Shown here piece by piece: positions 9,009 through 16,787 of a stretch of DNA of 24,000 nucleotides (positions within the stretch are counted from its first letter, which is position 1; the number at the start of each line of letters is the position of its first letter). The position numbers and the translations under genes were made by a program. The stretch comes from Clostridiaceae bacterium (GTDB lineage: Bacteria; Bacillota; Clostridia; Peptostreptococcales; Natronincolaceae), in NCBI GenBank assembly GCA_020832135.1, contig JAFIFG010000106.1:5346-29345 (forward strand). Reading direction: 5' to 3'. The notes beneath the pieces are model-generated. The model searched no databases and was not told the origin of the DNA. It saw only the letters and a program-made list of their open reading frames with translations.

Positions 9009-9152
9009 ATGAAAAATATTAAGAACTATATAATGAAAAATTCACTGGGACTACTAGCTTTTTTAGCATTAATAGTTGGGACAACCTCTATTTCAACTAA
9101 CTCTATGTTTTTAATTCATCAAGTAAAATGTCCTGAAGAATTACTGAAATAA
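9009..9152 (+). CDS. agrD: AgrD-like autoinducing-peptide precursor (47 aa; not in the supplied ORF track because it is short)
   Basis: Hand translation: MKNIKNYIMKNSLGLLAFLALIVGTTSISTNSMFLIHQVKCPEELLK. GGAGG at 8998-9002 with 6-nt spacing. It has a hydrophobic/amphipathic leader, a short core, and a charged tail with a P-E-E-L motif. It lies directly upstream of an AgrC-like kinase and AgrB. Confidence 0.7.
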   Translation: MKNIKNYIMKNSLGLLAFLALIVGTTSISTNSMFLIHQVKCPEELLK

Positions 9153-9187
9153 GATTTGAGGAGTTTACTCCTCAAATCTTATTTCAC
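9151..9187 (+). terminator. Terminator-like hairpin (possible attenuator) between agrD-like ORF and kinase gene
   Basis: Perfect 13-bp stem aagatttgaggag (9151-9163) / ctcctcaaatctt (9168-9180), loop ttta, followed by a short U-rich tract (atttc). It starts within the agrD stop codon, and the kinase RBS follows about 10 nt later. Confidence 0.55.
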
Positions 9188-9202
9188 CAAAGGAGAGATA
9201 CG

Positions 9203-10561
9203 ATGGAATTAGATGTATTTTTAAATAATATTATTTTTAACATTTTTGAAGGATTAATTTTATTATTTATATTCTTAATTTTAATTAACAGAAGGAATTT
9301 TATACAAATCAATAAATTTAAAACATTAATATTTATTAGTATCTATGCTATATTTTCTTATTGGGCTACAGTTTATATGCCAGTAGGTTATCATAGTATT
9401 GCTATTATATCATTTAGTATTATCTGTCTTTCATTAATTACTTCTACTAGCTTACTACACTCATTTATGGGAATATTAATAAGTGCAATTTTTTTCATGG
9501 TTACTGAACTTATAGTTTTTGCCAGTCTCTCAATATTTAATCATATAAAAATTTCAGATATAATAAACAGCCCAATTATTAAGCTTCAAATGTCTATTAT
9601 AACACGAATCCTTCAAATTTCAATGCTTATATTGCTATATAAATCAAAAAAGATATTTTGGAGGAACATACAACCTAGCTCAAATACTATGCTTTCTTAT
9701 TTTATATTGGGTATATTTCTTATGGGTATTTTTATATTTAATGTTAGTTTTGCTGTTTCAACTAAAGAGAATATCTTTTTATATGAAATTTTGCTGTCCT
9801 CTATTTTTCTTTTATTTATATTTTTAGGAGCTTTAGTATATCAAGAGAAGAAACAACTTTTGAAAATAGAGCATGTATATAAATCACAACAAGAATATAT
9901 ACAAAATATGGAAACAATTATGAACATTATTCGCCGTGAAAAACATGATTTTTCTAATCACCTCAGTACTATACATGCTATGTGTGTACTAAATAAGCCA
10001 AACACCCCTGAAAAAATAAAAGCATATATTGATAAATTAGCAAATAGTCTACACTCATCCTATCGTTATTTCAATACAGGAAATGATTTTATTGATGGCC
10101 TATTAGCGGTAAAAAGTAATTTTGCCTTCAATCATAATATTCACTTTGAAGTAGATTTTGAAATTCCACTTAACCATTTATCTGTAGAGGATGAAAATCT
10201 TATAAGTATTTTAAGTAATATAATAGATAATGCCTTCGATGCCATTGCAACAGATGAGGATACGGAAAATAAAGTTGTATCTATCTGTACCTATGCTGAG
10301 GATCATAGACACTATTTATCTGTATCAAATAATGGTCCTATGATCTCTAAAGAAAATATAGATAAGATTTTTTCAAATGGATACTCATCGAAAACTAATA
10401 ACAAAGGGGATCATGGTTTAGGCTTATATATTGTAAAGCAATTAATAGAAAAGAACAATGGCACAATAACAGTTTCAAGCAACGAAGAGGAAACAAACTT
10501 TTTAATTAGATTTAATAAGGAGAAGATTAATCATGGAAAAACTAGCCCACAACATCACTAA
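9203..10561 (+). CDS. AgrC-like sensor histidine kinase (polytopic sensor plus HPK10-type GHKL kinase)
   Basis: 452 aa with about 6 N-terminal TM helices. H-box REKHDFSNHLSTIHAM, N-box ILSNIIDNAFDA, G-box GDHGLGLYIVKQL. No PAS or HAMP domain. The architecture is that of AgrC/ComD-type peptide receptors. Confidence 0.8.
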   Translation: MELDVFLNNIIFNIFEGLILLFIFLILINRRNFIQINKFKTLIFISIYAIFSYWATVYMPVGYHSIAIISFSIICLSLITSTSLLHSFMGILISAIFFMVTELIVFASLSIFNHIKISDIINSPIIKLQMSIITRILQISMLILLYKSKKIFWRNIQPSSNTMLSYFILGIFLMGIFIFNVSFAVSTKENIFLYEILLSSIFLLFIFLGALVYQEKKQLLKIEHVYKSQQEYIQNMETIMNIIRREKHDFSNHLSTIHAMCVLNKPNTPEKIKAYIDKLANSLHSSYRYFNTGNDFIDGLLAVKSNFAFNHNIHFEVDFEIPLNHLSVEDENLISILSNIIDNAFDAIATDEDTENKVVSICTYAEDHRHYLSVSNNGPMISKENIDKIFSNGYSSKTNNKGDHGLGLYIVKQLIEKNNGTITVSSNEEETNFLIRFNKEKINHGKTSPQHH

Positions 10562-11096
10562 TTTAATACAACAAAATAATACCAACTTAAGTGAACTAGA
10601 AATCAAAAAAATTCAATTTGGATTACATTGTTTATTTGCAGAGATATCTAAAATTATAGTTTATTTAATGATATTTTCTCTTTTTTCACTGACAAACTAT
10701 TTTTTAGTTAGTTTATTCTTCTTCTGCACATTAAGATTGATAGCAGGAGGCTATCATGAGAATACCTATTGGAAATGTTTTTTTTCTAGTTTTATTCTGT
10801 TTGTTATCATCATAGGGATAGGCACATTTTTTTTCTTTTCCTTCTATAAAAAAATATTTATATTAACAATATCATTTATTATTACTTGGATTTATGCTCC
10901 AGTAGATCATCCTAACAAACCAATACTAAGTAACTTAAGAAGAAAAAAATTTAAATATCTTTCTTTATTTACTTTAGTACTTTTAGGTAGCATTAGTTTT
11001 TTATTGCCAGAACAACTATCTACTATAGCAATAATAGCAATTTTAATTGAGACTTTATCTCTACCAGTAGGATATTTTGCAAAAAAGGGGGTATAG
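10533..11096 (+). CDS. agrB: Accessory gene regulator B (AgrB) family membrane peptidase
   Basis: 187 aa with about 4-5 TM helices. It has the conserved AgrB region LRLIAGGYHENTYWKCFFSS (catalytic His/Cys pair). Its ATG, behind AAGGAG, lies 29 nt inside the kinase 3' end. Confidence 0.8.
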   Translation: MEKLAHNITNLIQQNNTNLSELEIKKIQFGLHCLFAEISKIIVYLMIFSLFSLTNYFLVSLFFFCTLRLIAGGYHENTYWKCFFSSFILFVIIIGIGTFFFFSFYKKIFILTISFIITWIYAPVDHPNKPILSNLRRKKFKYLSLFTLVLLGSISFLLPEQLSTIAIIAILIETLSLPVGYFAKKGV

Positions 11097-11098
11097 AA

Positions 11099-11332
11099 AT
11101 GAAATCATTAAAGGGTGAACTTATAGAGGATTCAACTATAATTAAAACCTCATCCGCATCCTATAATAACCCAAGTGATTTTTTTATTGCACTTGTAACT
11201 ATAAGTGATAACTTAGATGTTGATATTCCAATATGGACACTAAAAGAGGATAAATTATTAAAACAGCATAAGGAAGTAATATTACAATTGGACACTAATT
11301 TATCTCTAAGAATATACTTACAGGAGCATTAA
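11099..11332 (+). CDS. Hypothetical soluble 77-aa protein, translationally coupled to agrB
   Basis: The ATG is 2 nt after the agrB stop, with the RBS AAGGGGG about 7 nt upstream. No TM segment and no motif I recognise. It is the last gene before the terminator hairpin at 11349-11377. Confidence 0.55.
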   Translation: MKSLKGELIEDSTIIKTSSASYNNPSDFFIALVTISDNLDVDIPIWTLKEDKLLKQHKEVILQLDTNLSLRIYLQEH

Positions 11333-11348
11333 ATAAAGAGGTAAAACT

Positions 11349-11377
11349 AAGCTCAAGAGATCTATCCCTTGAGCTTG
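11349..11377. terminator. Hairpin between the convergent agr-like cassette and the isochorismatase gene
   Basis: aagctcaag (11349-11357) / cttgagctt (11369-11377), a 9-bp stem with an 11-nt loop. U-tracts are weak on both strands. Confidence 0.5.
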
Positions 11378-11381
11378 AAAT

Positions 11382-11933
11382 TTATCTTATTAATTTAGAT
11401 AGTTCTTTAAACTCAGGTGCTTTAGCATCCTTTACAAGGTCAAAAAGTACTGTCTCAGTATTAGTAATCACTGCACCCATTTTCTCCATTAAGGATAAGC
11501 CGTGAAGATAATTTTCTTTAGCACGAGAACATACAGCATCAGCCACCACAAAAACCTCATAGCCATCCTTAAGCAATTCTCTAACCGTCTGAAAAACACA
11601 AATATGGGTTTCCATACCGGTTATAATAACTTTCTTTCGTCCTGTTTCCTTCATGGCACAGTTTACTTCTTCAGTACATGCTGAAAAGGTTGTTTTTTCA
11701 TAGGGTGTAATCCCTTCTAGATTACAAGCAACATCTGCTACAGTATTACCTATTCCTCTAGGATATTGCACTGTAACCAACACTGGTAATTCTAAGGTTT
11801 TTGCAACGGTAAGCAATGTATTGGTATTCTTTATAACTCTTTCACCATGCTCCTTCATACCTGGTATTAATTTTTCTTGAATATCAATGATTAATAAGGT
11901 TGCTTGGTTTCTTTCTAAAGTGAATTTATCCAT
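11382..11933 (-). CDS. Isochorismatase-family (cysteine) hydrolase
   Basis: 183 aa with LLIIDIQEKL near the N-terminus and ITGMETHICVFQTVRELL (catalytic Cys region), characteristic of the family. Confidence 0.85.
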   Translation of the reverse strand: MDKFTLERNQATLLIIDIQEKLIPGMKEHGERVIKNTNTLLTVAKTLELPVLVTVQYPRGIGNTVADVACNLEGITPYEKTTFSACTEEVNCAMKETGRKKVIITGMETHICVFQTVRELLKDGYEVFVVADAVCSRAKENYLHGLSLMEKMGAVITNTETVLFDLVKDAKAPEFKELSKLIR

Positions 11934-12053
11934 TATAAAGCCTCCATTCTAATAAATAATTTTCTTAAACTAACGTCCATTAACTATAGTTTCTATTTTA
12001 AACAAAAAAATCCTTCAGTTTTCATTATTAAAATAAAGAAAAAATTATACTCC

Positions 12054-12617
12054 TTAAACTTCATTATATCTAAAACAATTCTTTACATGGTCATTTACTA
12101 ATCCAGTAGCCTGCATATAAGAATATATAATGGTAGTTCCTATAAATTTAAACCCTCGTTTTTTAAGATCTTTACTTAGTTTATCAGATATTTCAGTATT
12201 TGCAGGAACCTGAGAGATATCTTCCCATTGATTTTTAATCACTTTATTATCTACAAAGTTCCATAGGTATGTATCAAAGCTTCCAAATTCTCGTTGTATT
12301 TCTATAAACCTTTTAGCATTATTGATGGAGGCCTCTATCTTCTTACGATTTCTAATAATACCAGGGTTATTAAGCAATTCAATTGCTTTTGCTTCATCAT
12401 AACCTGCTACTTTCACGACATCAAAATCATCATATGCTTCTCTGTAATTCTCTCTTCTTTTTAAGATAGTTAACCAGCTTAATCCAGCCTGAGCAGATTC
12501 TAAAACCAAAAACTCAAAATGTTTATGATCCTCATGTACCGGAACTCCCCATTCTTCGTCATGATACTTTACATATAATGCATCTTCTCCACACCAAGAA
12601 CATCTTTGCAATAGCAA
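12054..12617 (-). CDS. tag: DNA-3-methyladenine glycosylase I
   Basis: 187 aa with RCSWCGEDALYVKYHDEEWGVPVHED..FEFLVLESAQAGLSWLTILKRRENYR, matching Tag including the zinc-binding Cys/His residues. Confidence 0.9.
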   Translation of the reverse strand: MLLQRCSWCGEDALYVKYHDEEWGVPVHEDHKHFEFLVLESAQAGLSWLTILKRRENYREAYDDFDVVKVAGYDEAKAIELLNNPGIIRNRKKIEASINNAKRFIEIQREFGSFDTYLWNFVDNKVIKNQWEDISQVPANTEISDKLSKDLKKRGFKFIGTTIIYSYMQATGLVNDHVKNCFRYNEV

Positions 12618-12631
12618 TCCCTCCAGTTTTA

Positions 12632-13252
12632 TTAAACTATAGATAAGATTTCATTGGGTGTGCTTACTATATAATCGGGGTTCTCCCCCTTTACCATTTC
12701 CACTGTATCAAGTCCCCAGTCTACCCAAATAATCTCTACATTCGTTTTTTTACATGCAACAATATCTCTATGTTCGTCTCCAACATACATCACTTCAGAA
12801 TTTTTGAGTTTATATTTCTTTAAAAATCTTCTAATCATTTTATCCTTACCAAAAACATTATTGGAACAAAAAATTTTCTTTATATAATCTATCTTGTTTT
12901 CTTGTAAAAACTCCCTTATATTTTCTTCTGCATTAGATGATATAATTGCTATGTTGTACCCTCTATTGTGTAGTGCATCTAACAATTCTCTTATTCCATC
13001 AAACATATTAAGATTTTTCATAAGGGATTTATACACACCATAAAACTCTAGTGCAATAGCAGGTAGTCTATACATAGGAACTTTTAATTGCTTGCATCTT
13101 TCTGGAATAGATAAATTCCTTAAATATTCAATATCCTTCTTCTCTAACCTTTTAAAATTATATTTCTCTGCAAGCTGATTAACTGCTGCTATAGCTATAT
13201 CTTGTGAATCAACTAAAGTTCCATCAAAATCAAAAATCATATATTTAATCAT
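12632..13252 (-). CDS. HAD-superfamily hydrolase (phosphoglycolate phosphatase-like subfamily IA)
   Basis: DFDGTLVDS motif I, ISSN motif II, and a VGDEHRD-type motif IV. Confidence 0.8.
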   Translation of the reverse strand: MIKYMIFDFDGTLVDSQDIAIAAVNQLAEKYNFKRLEKKDIEYLRNLSIPERCKQLKVPMYRLPAIALEFYGVYKSLMKNLNMFDGIRELLDALHNRGYNIAIISSNAEENIREFLQENKIDYIKKIFCSNNVFGKDKMIRRFLKKYKLKNSEVMYVGDEHRDIVACKKTNVEIIWVDWGLDTVEMVKGENPDYIVSTPNEILSIV

Positions 13253-13433
13253 AGCTTGTACTTCTTCCTTTCTTTCATAAAGACATAAAAATATAAAAAC
13301 TACTGTTAATACACACTTTCAATTAAGCATGCTTAAACAACTATTCATATATCAGAAGATTAAATTTTTTATTTTTATAATTATACCATAGATTATCCAG
13401 CAAACAACTTCTTAACTAAAAAAAGAGAATGAT

Positions 13434-14552
13434 TTAATCATCCTCTAGGTTTTTATTATTTTTAACATCTGTATTTATGATAGGTTTTAATATATTGCTA
13501 ATAACATTAAGAAAATCAATTTTTTTATAATCTAATAGTGTATTTCCAACAAAACCATTTAAATTTCTAACCAATATATCAAATTTTTTATTATCTAGCT
13601 TCTCCATGGCTTTTCTTAATACTAAAGCATTTTCATAGCTTTTGTTCAGGTTTTTCACTAATTTTTCATAGTTTCCTTTTCCACATAAATCATAGGCTGC
13701 ATAGATACCGGTCATAATAGCAGGAAATTGTCCGAATCCTAAGAAAGGCATAATTGCTCCATAACAGTTTCCAACAAAAAAGGTGTTTCCAATTCTAGGC
13801 TTGTTACAATGTCCTATAATATACTCTGCAATCTCGAACCCATCGGTTATCTTTAATGTTTGCTTCAGATCTCTTTGAACTCTTGTAAAAAAGTTTTCCC
13901 ATAAGACATTCCCATCTAACCTATTGCTCTTTTGATAATCAGGGTAAGCAATAACAATATTAGCTTCCGTATTGGATAATGGAATTAAATATGTATATCC
14001 ACTAGGTGCAAAAGTATTGTCTAGCCATGTCTTTGTAGTATATCTATCGAACTCCCCTTCAACTATAGCTCCTTTTAAGGATACAGTAAAATCTCTTTTA
14101 TAGTTCCCCATTTTTTCACTATAGGCTCCGTCTCCTGTTGCTACAACAATATGAGTAAACTCTTTTAATAATTCTTCATAGGTGTGCTTTGAATTGTATA
14201 CTATTTCCGTATTCAGTTGATTTAACAATTGTTTGCATAGTGAATCCTCTCTTCTACCCCTTGCCACATTAAAACCTAAGTCTCCAGTAGTAATTGCTTG
14301 TTCATTTTCTGAATATATAATTAATTTTTTTATATGTCCAACTGGTTGAAGATAAATTTGAAATTCATTCGAAAGATATGCAAAGGCATCTTCTATTGGT
14401 GCATTTAATGCATCCAAGAATATTTCCCCATTAACAAACCTATCATCAACTTCTTTTCTACTTTCAAAAATGGTGGGTATTATTCCATTTCTTTCTAATA
14501 TAATGGCACAAGCTAATCCTGATAATCCTGCTCCCATAATTGCTACCTTCAT
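13434..14552 (-). CDS. NAD(P)/FAD-dependent oxidoreductase
   Basis: N-terminal Rossmann dinucleotide motif MKVAIMGAGLSGLACAIILERNG. 372 aa. The substrate cannot be assigned by eye. Confidence 0.7.
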   Translation of the reverse strand: MKVAIMGAGLSGLACAIILERNGIIPTIFESRKEVDDRFVNGEIFLDALNAPIEDAFAYLSNEFQIYLQPVGHIKKLIIYSENEQAITTGDLGFNVARGRREDSLCKQLLNQLNTEIVYNSKHTYEELLKEFTHIVVATGDGAYSEKMGNYKRDFTVSLKGAIVEGEFDRYTTKTWLDNTFAPSGYTYLIPLSNTEANIVIAYPDYQKSNRLDGNVLWENFFTRVQRDLKQTLKITDGFEIAEYIIGHCNKPRIGNTFFVGNCYGAIMPFLGFGQFPAIMTGIYAAYDLCGKGNYEKLVKNLNKSYENALVLRKAMEKLDNKKFDILVRNLNGFVGNTLLDYKKIDFLNVISNILKPIINTDVKNNKNLEDD

Positions 14553-14679
14553 ATTTTTACTCCTTTTGTCAGTATATATTTATAACTATTCCATCCTATA
14601 ACCTCGTTATAGTAATTGCATAACAATAGTATGTTTAGTAAAATAACAACTCATTCATAATAAATCATATTAAAACAAA

Positions 14680-14723
14680 AAAAATAAAGAGCATCTTAAT
14701 TATAAAATAAGAATGCTCTTTTT
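14680..14723 (-). terminator. Rho-independent terminator after the 225-aa gene
   Basis: aaagagcat (14686-14694) / atgctcttt (14713-14721), with a long A-run on the + strand, which is a U-run for the minus transcript. Confidence 0.75.
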
Positions 14724-14743
14724 ATATTGTAATTACTTCAGAT

Positions 14744-15412
14744 TTAAAAATCTTTTCTATAAACCTCCATTCTACTTCTGAATATCTCTAACGTAGAAGG
14801 GGGATTATAAATAACAGCATTTGCTCCAGCATTAACAGTTCTTTTTATGGTTTCCTCATCAGATCCTCCAGTCGCTATAATAGGAACATTTCCAAACTCT
14901 TTTCTAATTGATTCCACAACCTCCACCGTCTTCTTTCCTGCAGCTACATTTAAAATATCTACCCCTGACATCAATCGCTCCTCTATCTTTTTCAAGTTAG
15001 AGGTTGCTATTGTAACAGTAACAGGAATATCTATCATTTCCCTCATCATCTTAATGGTTTCATTAGAAGTAGGAGCATTTAATACAACCCCTAGTGCTCC
15101 TTGAAATTCCGCATGAAGAGCTAAGTTACATGATCGTTGTCCGTCAGTTACTCCTCCACCAACCCCGCAAAATACAGGTGCATCAGAACAAGTCATAATT
15201 GCATTTGTAATTGTAGGCTGAGGGGTAAAGGGATAAACCGCCCAAATAGCATCTGCATTAATATTTTCAATAACAGATATGTCTGTAGTAAATGCTAATG
15301 ACTTAATTTTTCTACCAAAAACTATAATTCCTGAGGCTTCTCTTATTACTTCTGGAACCTTAATCATATAACTCCTTAAATTTCCCGTAATATTTGGTAT
15401 ATACCTCTCCAT
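14744..15412 (-). CDS. Uncharacterised protein with TIM-barrel-like phosphate-binding motifs
   Basis: Motifs FCGVGGGVTDG and PIIATGGSDEETIKRTVNAGANAV resemble the phosphate/FMN-binding end of IMPDH/NPD-type barrels. The start is ambiguous: ATG at 15412 (MERY..., RBS GGGAAGGGAAG 9 nt upstream) or GTG at 15421 as in the ORF track. Confidence 0.6.
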   Translation of the reverse strand: MERYIPNITGNLRSYMIKVPEVIREASGIIVFGRKIKSLAFTTDISVIENINADAIWAVYPFTPQPTITNAIMTCSDAPVFCGVGGGVTDGQRSCNLALHAEFQGALGVVLNAPTSNETIKMMREMIDIPVTVTIATSNLKKIEERLMSGVDILNVAAGKKTVEVVESIRKEFGNVPIIATGGSDEETIKRTVNAGANAVIYNPPSTLEIFRSRMEVYRKDF

Positions 15413-15620
15413 GCTTAACACTTCCCTTCCCGTATCTTATTTAGAATTTCATTATAAATATTATTATTTTATTTGTAAAGAAAATTATTTTTATACAAAG
15501 ATAGATAAAATATTTTGTTGCTGTTTTTATTTATATCCATAAACCCCTTCATCTAACCAATCCTTTTCTCTCCAATAGGCCTTATCATAATTCCCATCCT
15601 CATAACCCCGAACTGTGAAC

Positions 15621-16115
15621 CTACTCCAAACTTTTCTTCATCACAATAGCATCCAAAGTTTTATCTGTCCATTGTAATTGAATTTTTTCTTTTCTACTAA
15701 ATCCTCTTTTCTCCCAAAACTCTAAAACTGTCTCATCATAATCATATACAACATCAATTCTTATATTTCTTACTTTTCTTTCCTTTAGATAATCTTCAAA
15801 TGCTTTATATATTTCTTTCCCATAGCCTTTGTTCTTGTATTGACTATGTAGCATCAGCAAAGATAAATAACTTTCCTCTTTGAGGCAATAATCAATAAAT
15901 CCAATTATACGACCACTGACTTTTGCCTTAATGATTAAGGTCTTAAAATTCATTTCTTTCATTTCTTCCTGTTCTTTTATGCACCATTCAATATCTATTT
16001 TATCCTTATCCATATGAGCAAAAAGAAACTTAGGATTTGAATTGTAAACCTCTTTAATTTCCTGTAGATCTTCATTCTTTATATCACATAGTCTTAAATT
16101 TTCCGTCACAATCAT
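15621..16115 (-). CDS. GNAT-family N-acetyltransferase
   Basis: 164 aa with acetyl-CoA binding motif A, QYKNKGYGKEIY, and a typical GNAT length and layout. Confidence 0.8.
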   Translation of the reverse strand: MIVTENLRLCDIKNEDLQEIKEVYNSNPKFLFAHMDKDKIDIEWCIKEQEEMKEMNFKTLIIKAKVSGRIIGFIDYCLKEESYLSLLMLHSQYKNKGYGKEIYKAFEDYLKERKVRNIRIDVVYDYDETVLEFWEKRGFSRKEKIQLQWTDKTLDAIVMKKSLE

Positions 16116-16166
16116 TATGACTTCCCCCTGCTACTTTTCAAGGTTAGTACCTAAATATTATATATC

Positions 16167-16478
16167 CTACTTAATTCTTCTAATATCCTTCCATTCACTA
16201 GCTAACATACTATAGATCACATGATCCACATAATGATCATATAACCACTCCGATTCTCTTGTCAATCCTTCCTTTGTAAATCCTAATCTTTCTGGAATAG
16301 ATCTACTTTTATAGTTTTCCACAGCACAGCGGATCTCTACCCTGTTTAACTTTAGGTCTACCAAGGCATGCTCTACAAATACTTTCACAGCCTCCGTCAT
16401 AATTCCTTTGCCCTGATATTTTTCTCCTAGCCAATAACCAATACTGGTGGATTTATTTGACCAATCAGTTCGGAAGAT
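16167..16478 (-). pseudogene. 5'-truncated RimJ/RimL-type GNAT acetyltransferase remnant
   Basis: The open frame runs from just after an in-frame TAA (16479-16481) and reads ...TDWSNKSTSIGYWLGEKYQGKGIMTEAVKVFVEHA...RVEIRCAVENYKSRSIPERLGFTKEG... This is only motif A onward (about 100 of roughly 180 aa). The first ATG (16400) lies inside motif A. The upstream part is replaced by an unrelated ORF in another frame. Confidence 0.65.
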
Positions 16479-16749
16479 TTAATGGGTCAAAGACTACACC
16501 AGAAGGTGAAACCATAAATGCCACTTGCTCACCACCTTTATCTATAAAATGAACAAAATAATCCCCATGGGCTGATGAATATTCTATAAAACTGTACTGA
16601 AATTCTTTTTCAGGATATCTGCTTTCTACATATCTTGTAGCTGTATATATACATAATCTAGAAGGCAAAATCCCCGTTCCCCATAATATTGATATCAGAA
16701 CAACTACAGTTATTAATATAGTAATTTTTTTGTGCTTTATGAACCTCAT
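16465..16749 (-). CDS. Hypothetical N-terminally membrane-anchored small protein (94 aa)
   Basis: Basic N-terminus plus one TM helix (ITILITVVVLISILWGTGIL), then a soluble ~60-aa domain. AAGGAG lies 10 nt upstream of the ATG. Confidence 0.5.
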   Translation of the reverse strand: MRFIKHKKITILITVVVLISILWGTGILPSRLCIYTATRYVESRYPEKEFQYSFIEYSSAHGDYFVHFIDKGGEQVAFMVSPSGVVFDPLNLPN

Positions 16750-16787
16750 TCAAACCTAACTCCTTATTATAAAGAAAGATATTTTTT

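Noticed and set aside
15527-15616. 30-codon open frame (FTVRGYEDGNYDKAYWREKDWLDEGVYGYK*) just downstream of the GNAT gene, possibly a C-terminal gene remnant
   Set aside because: It has no start codon, it is too short to assign to a family by eye, and it could be chance. It is worth a BLASTX only.
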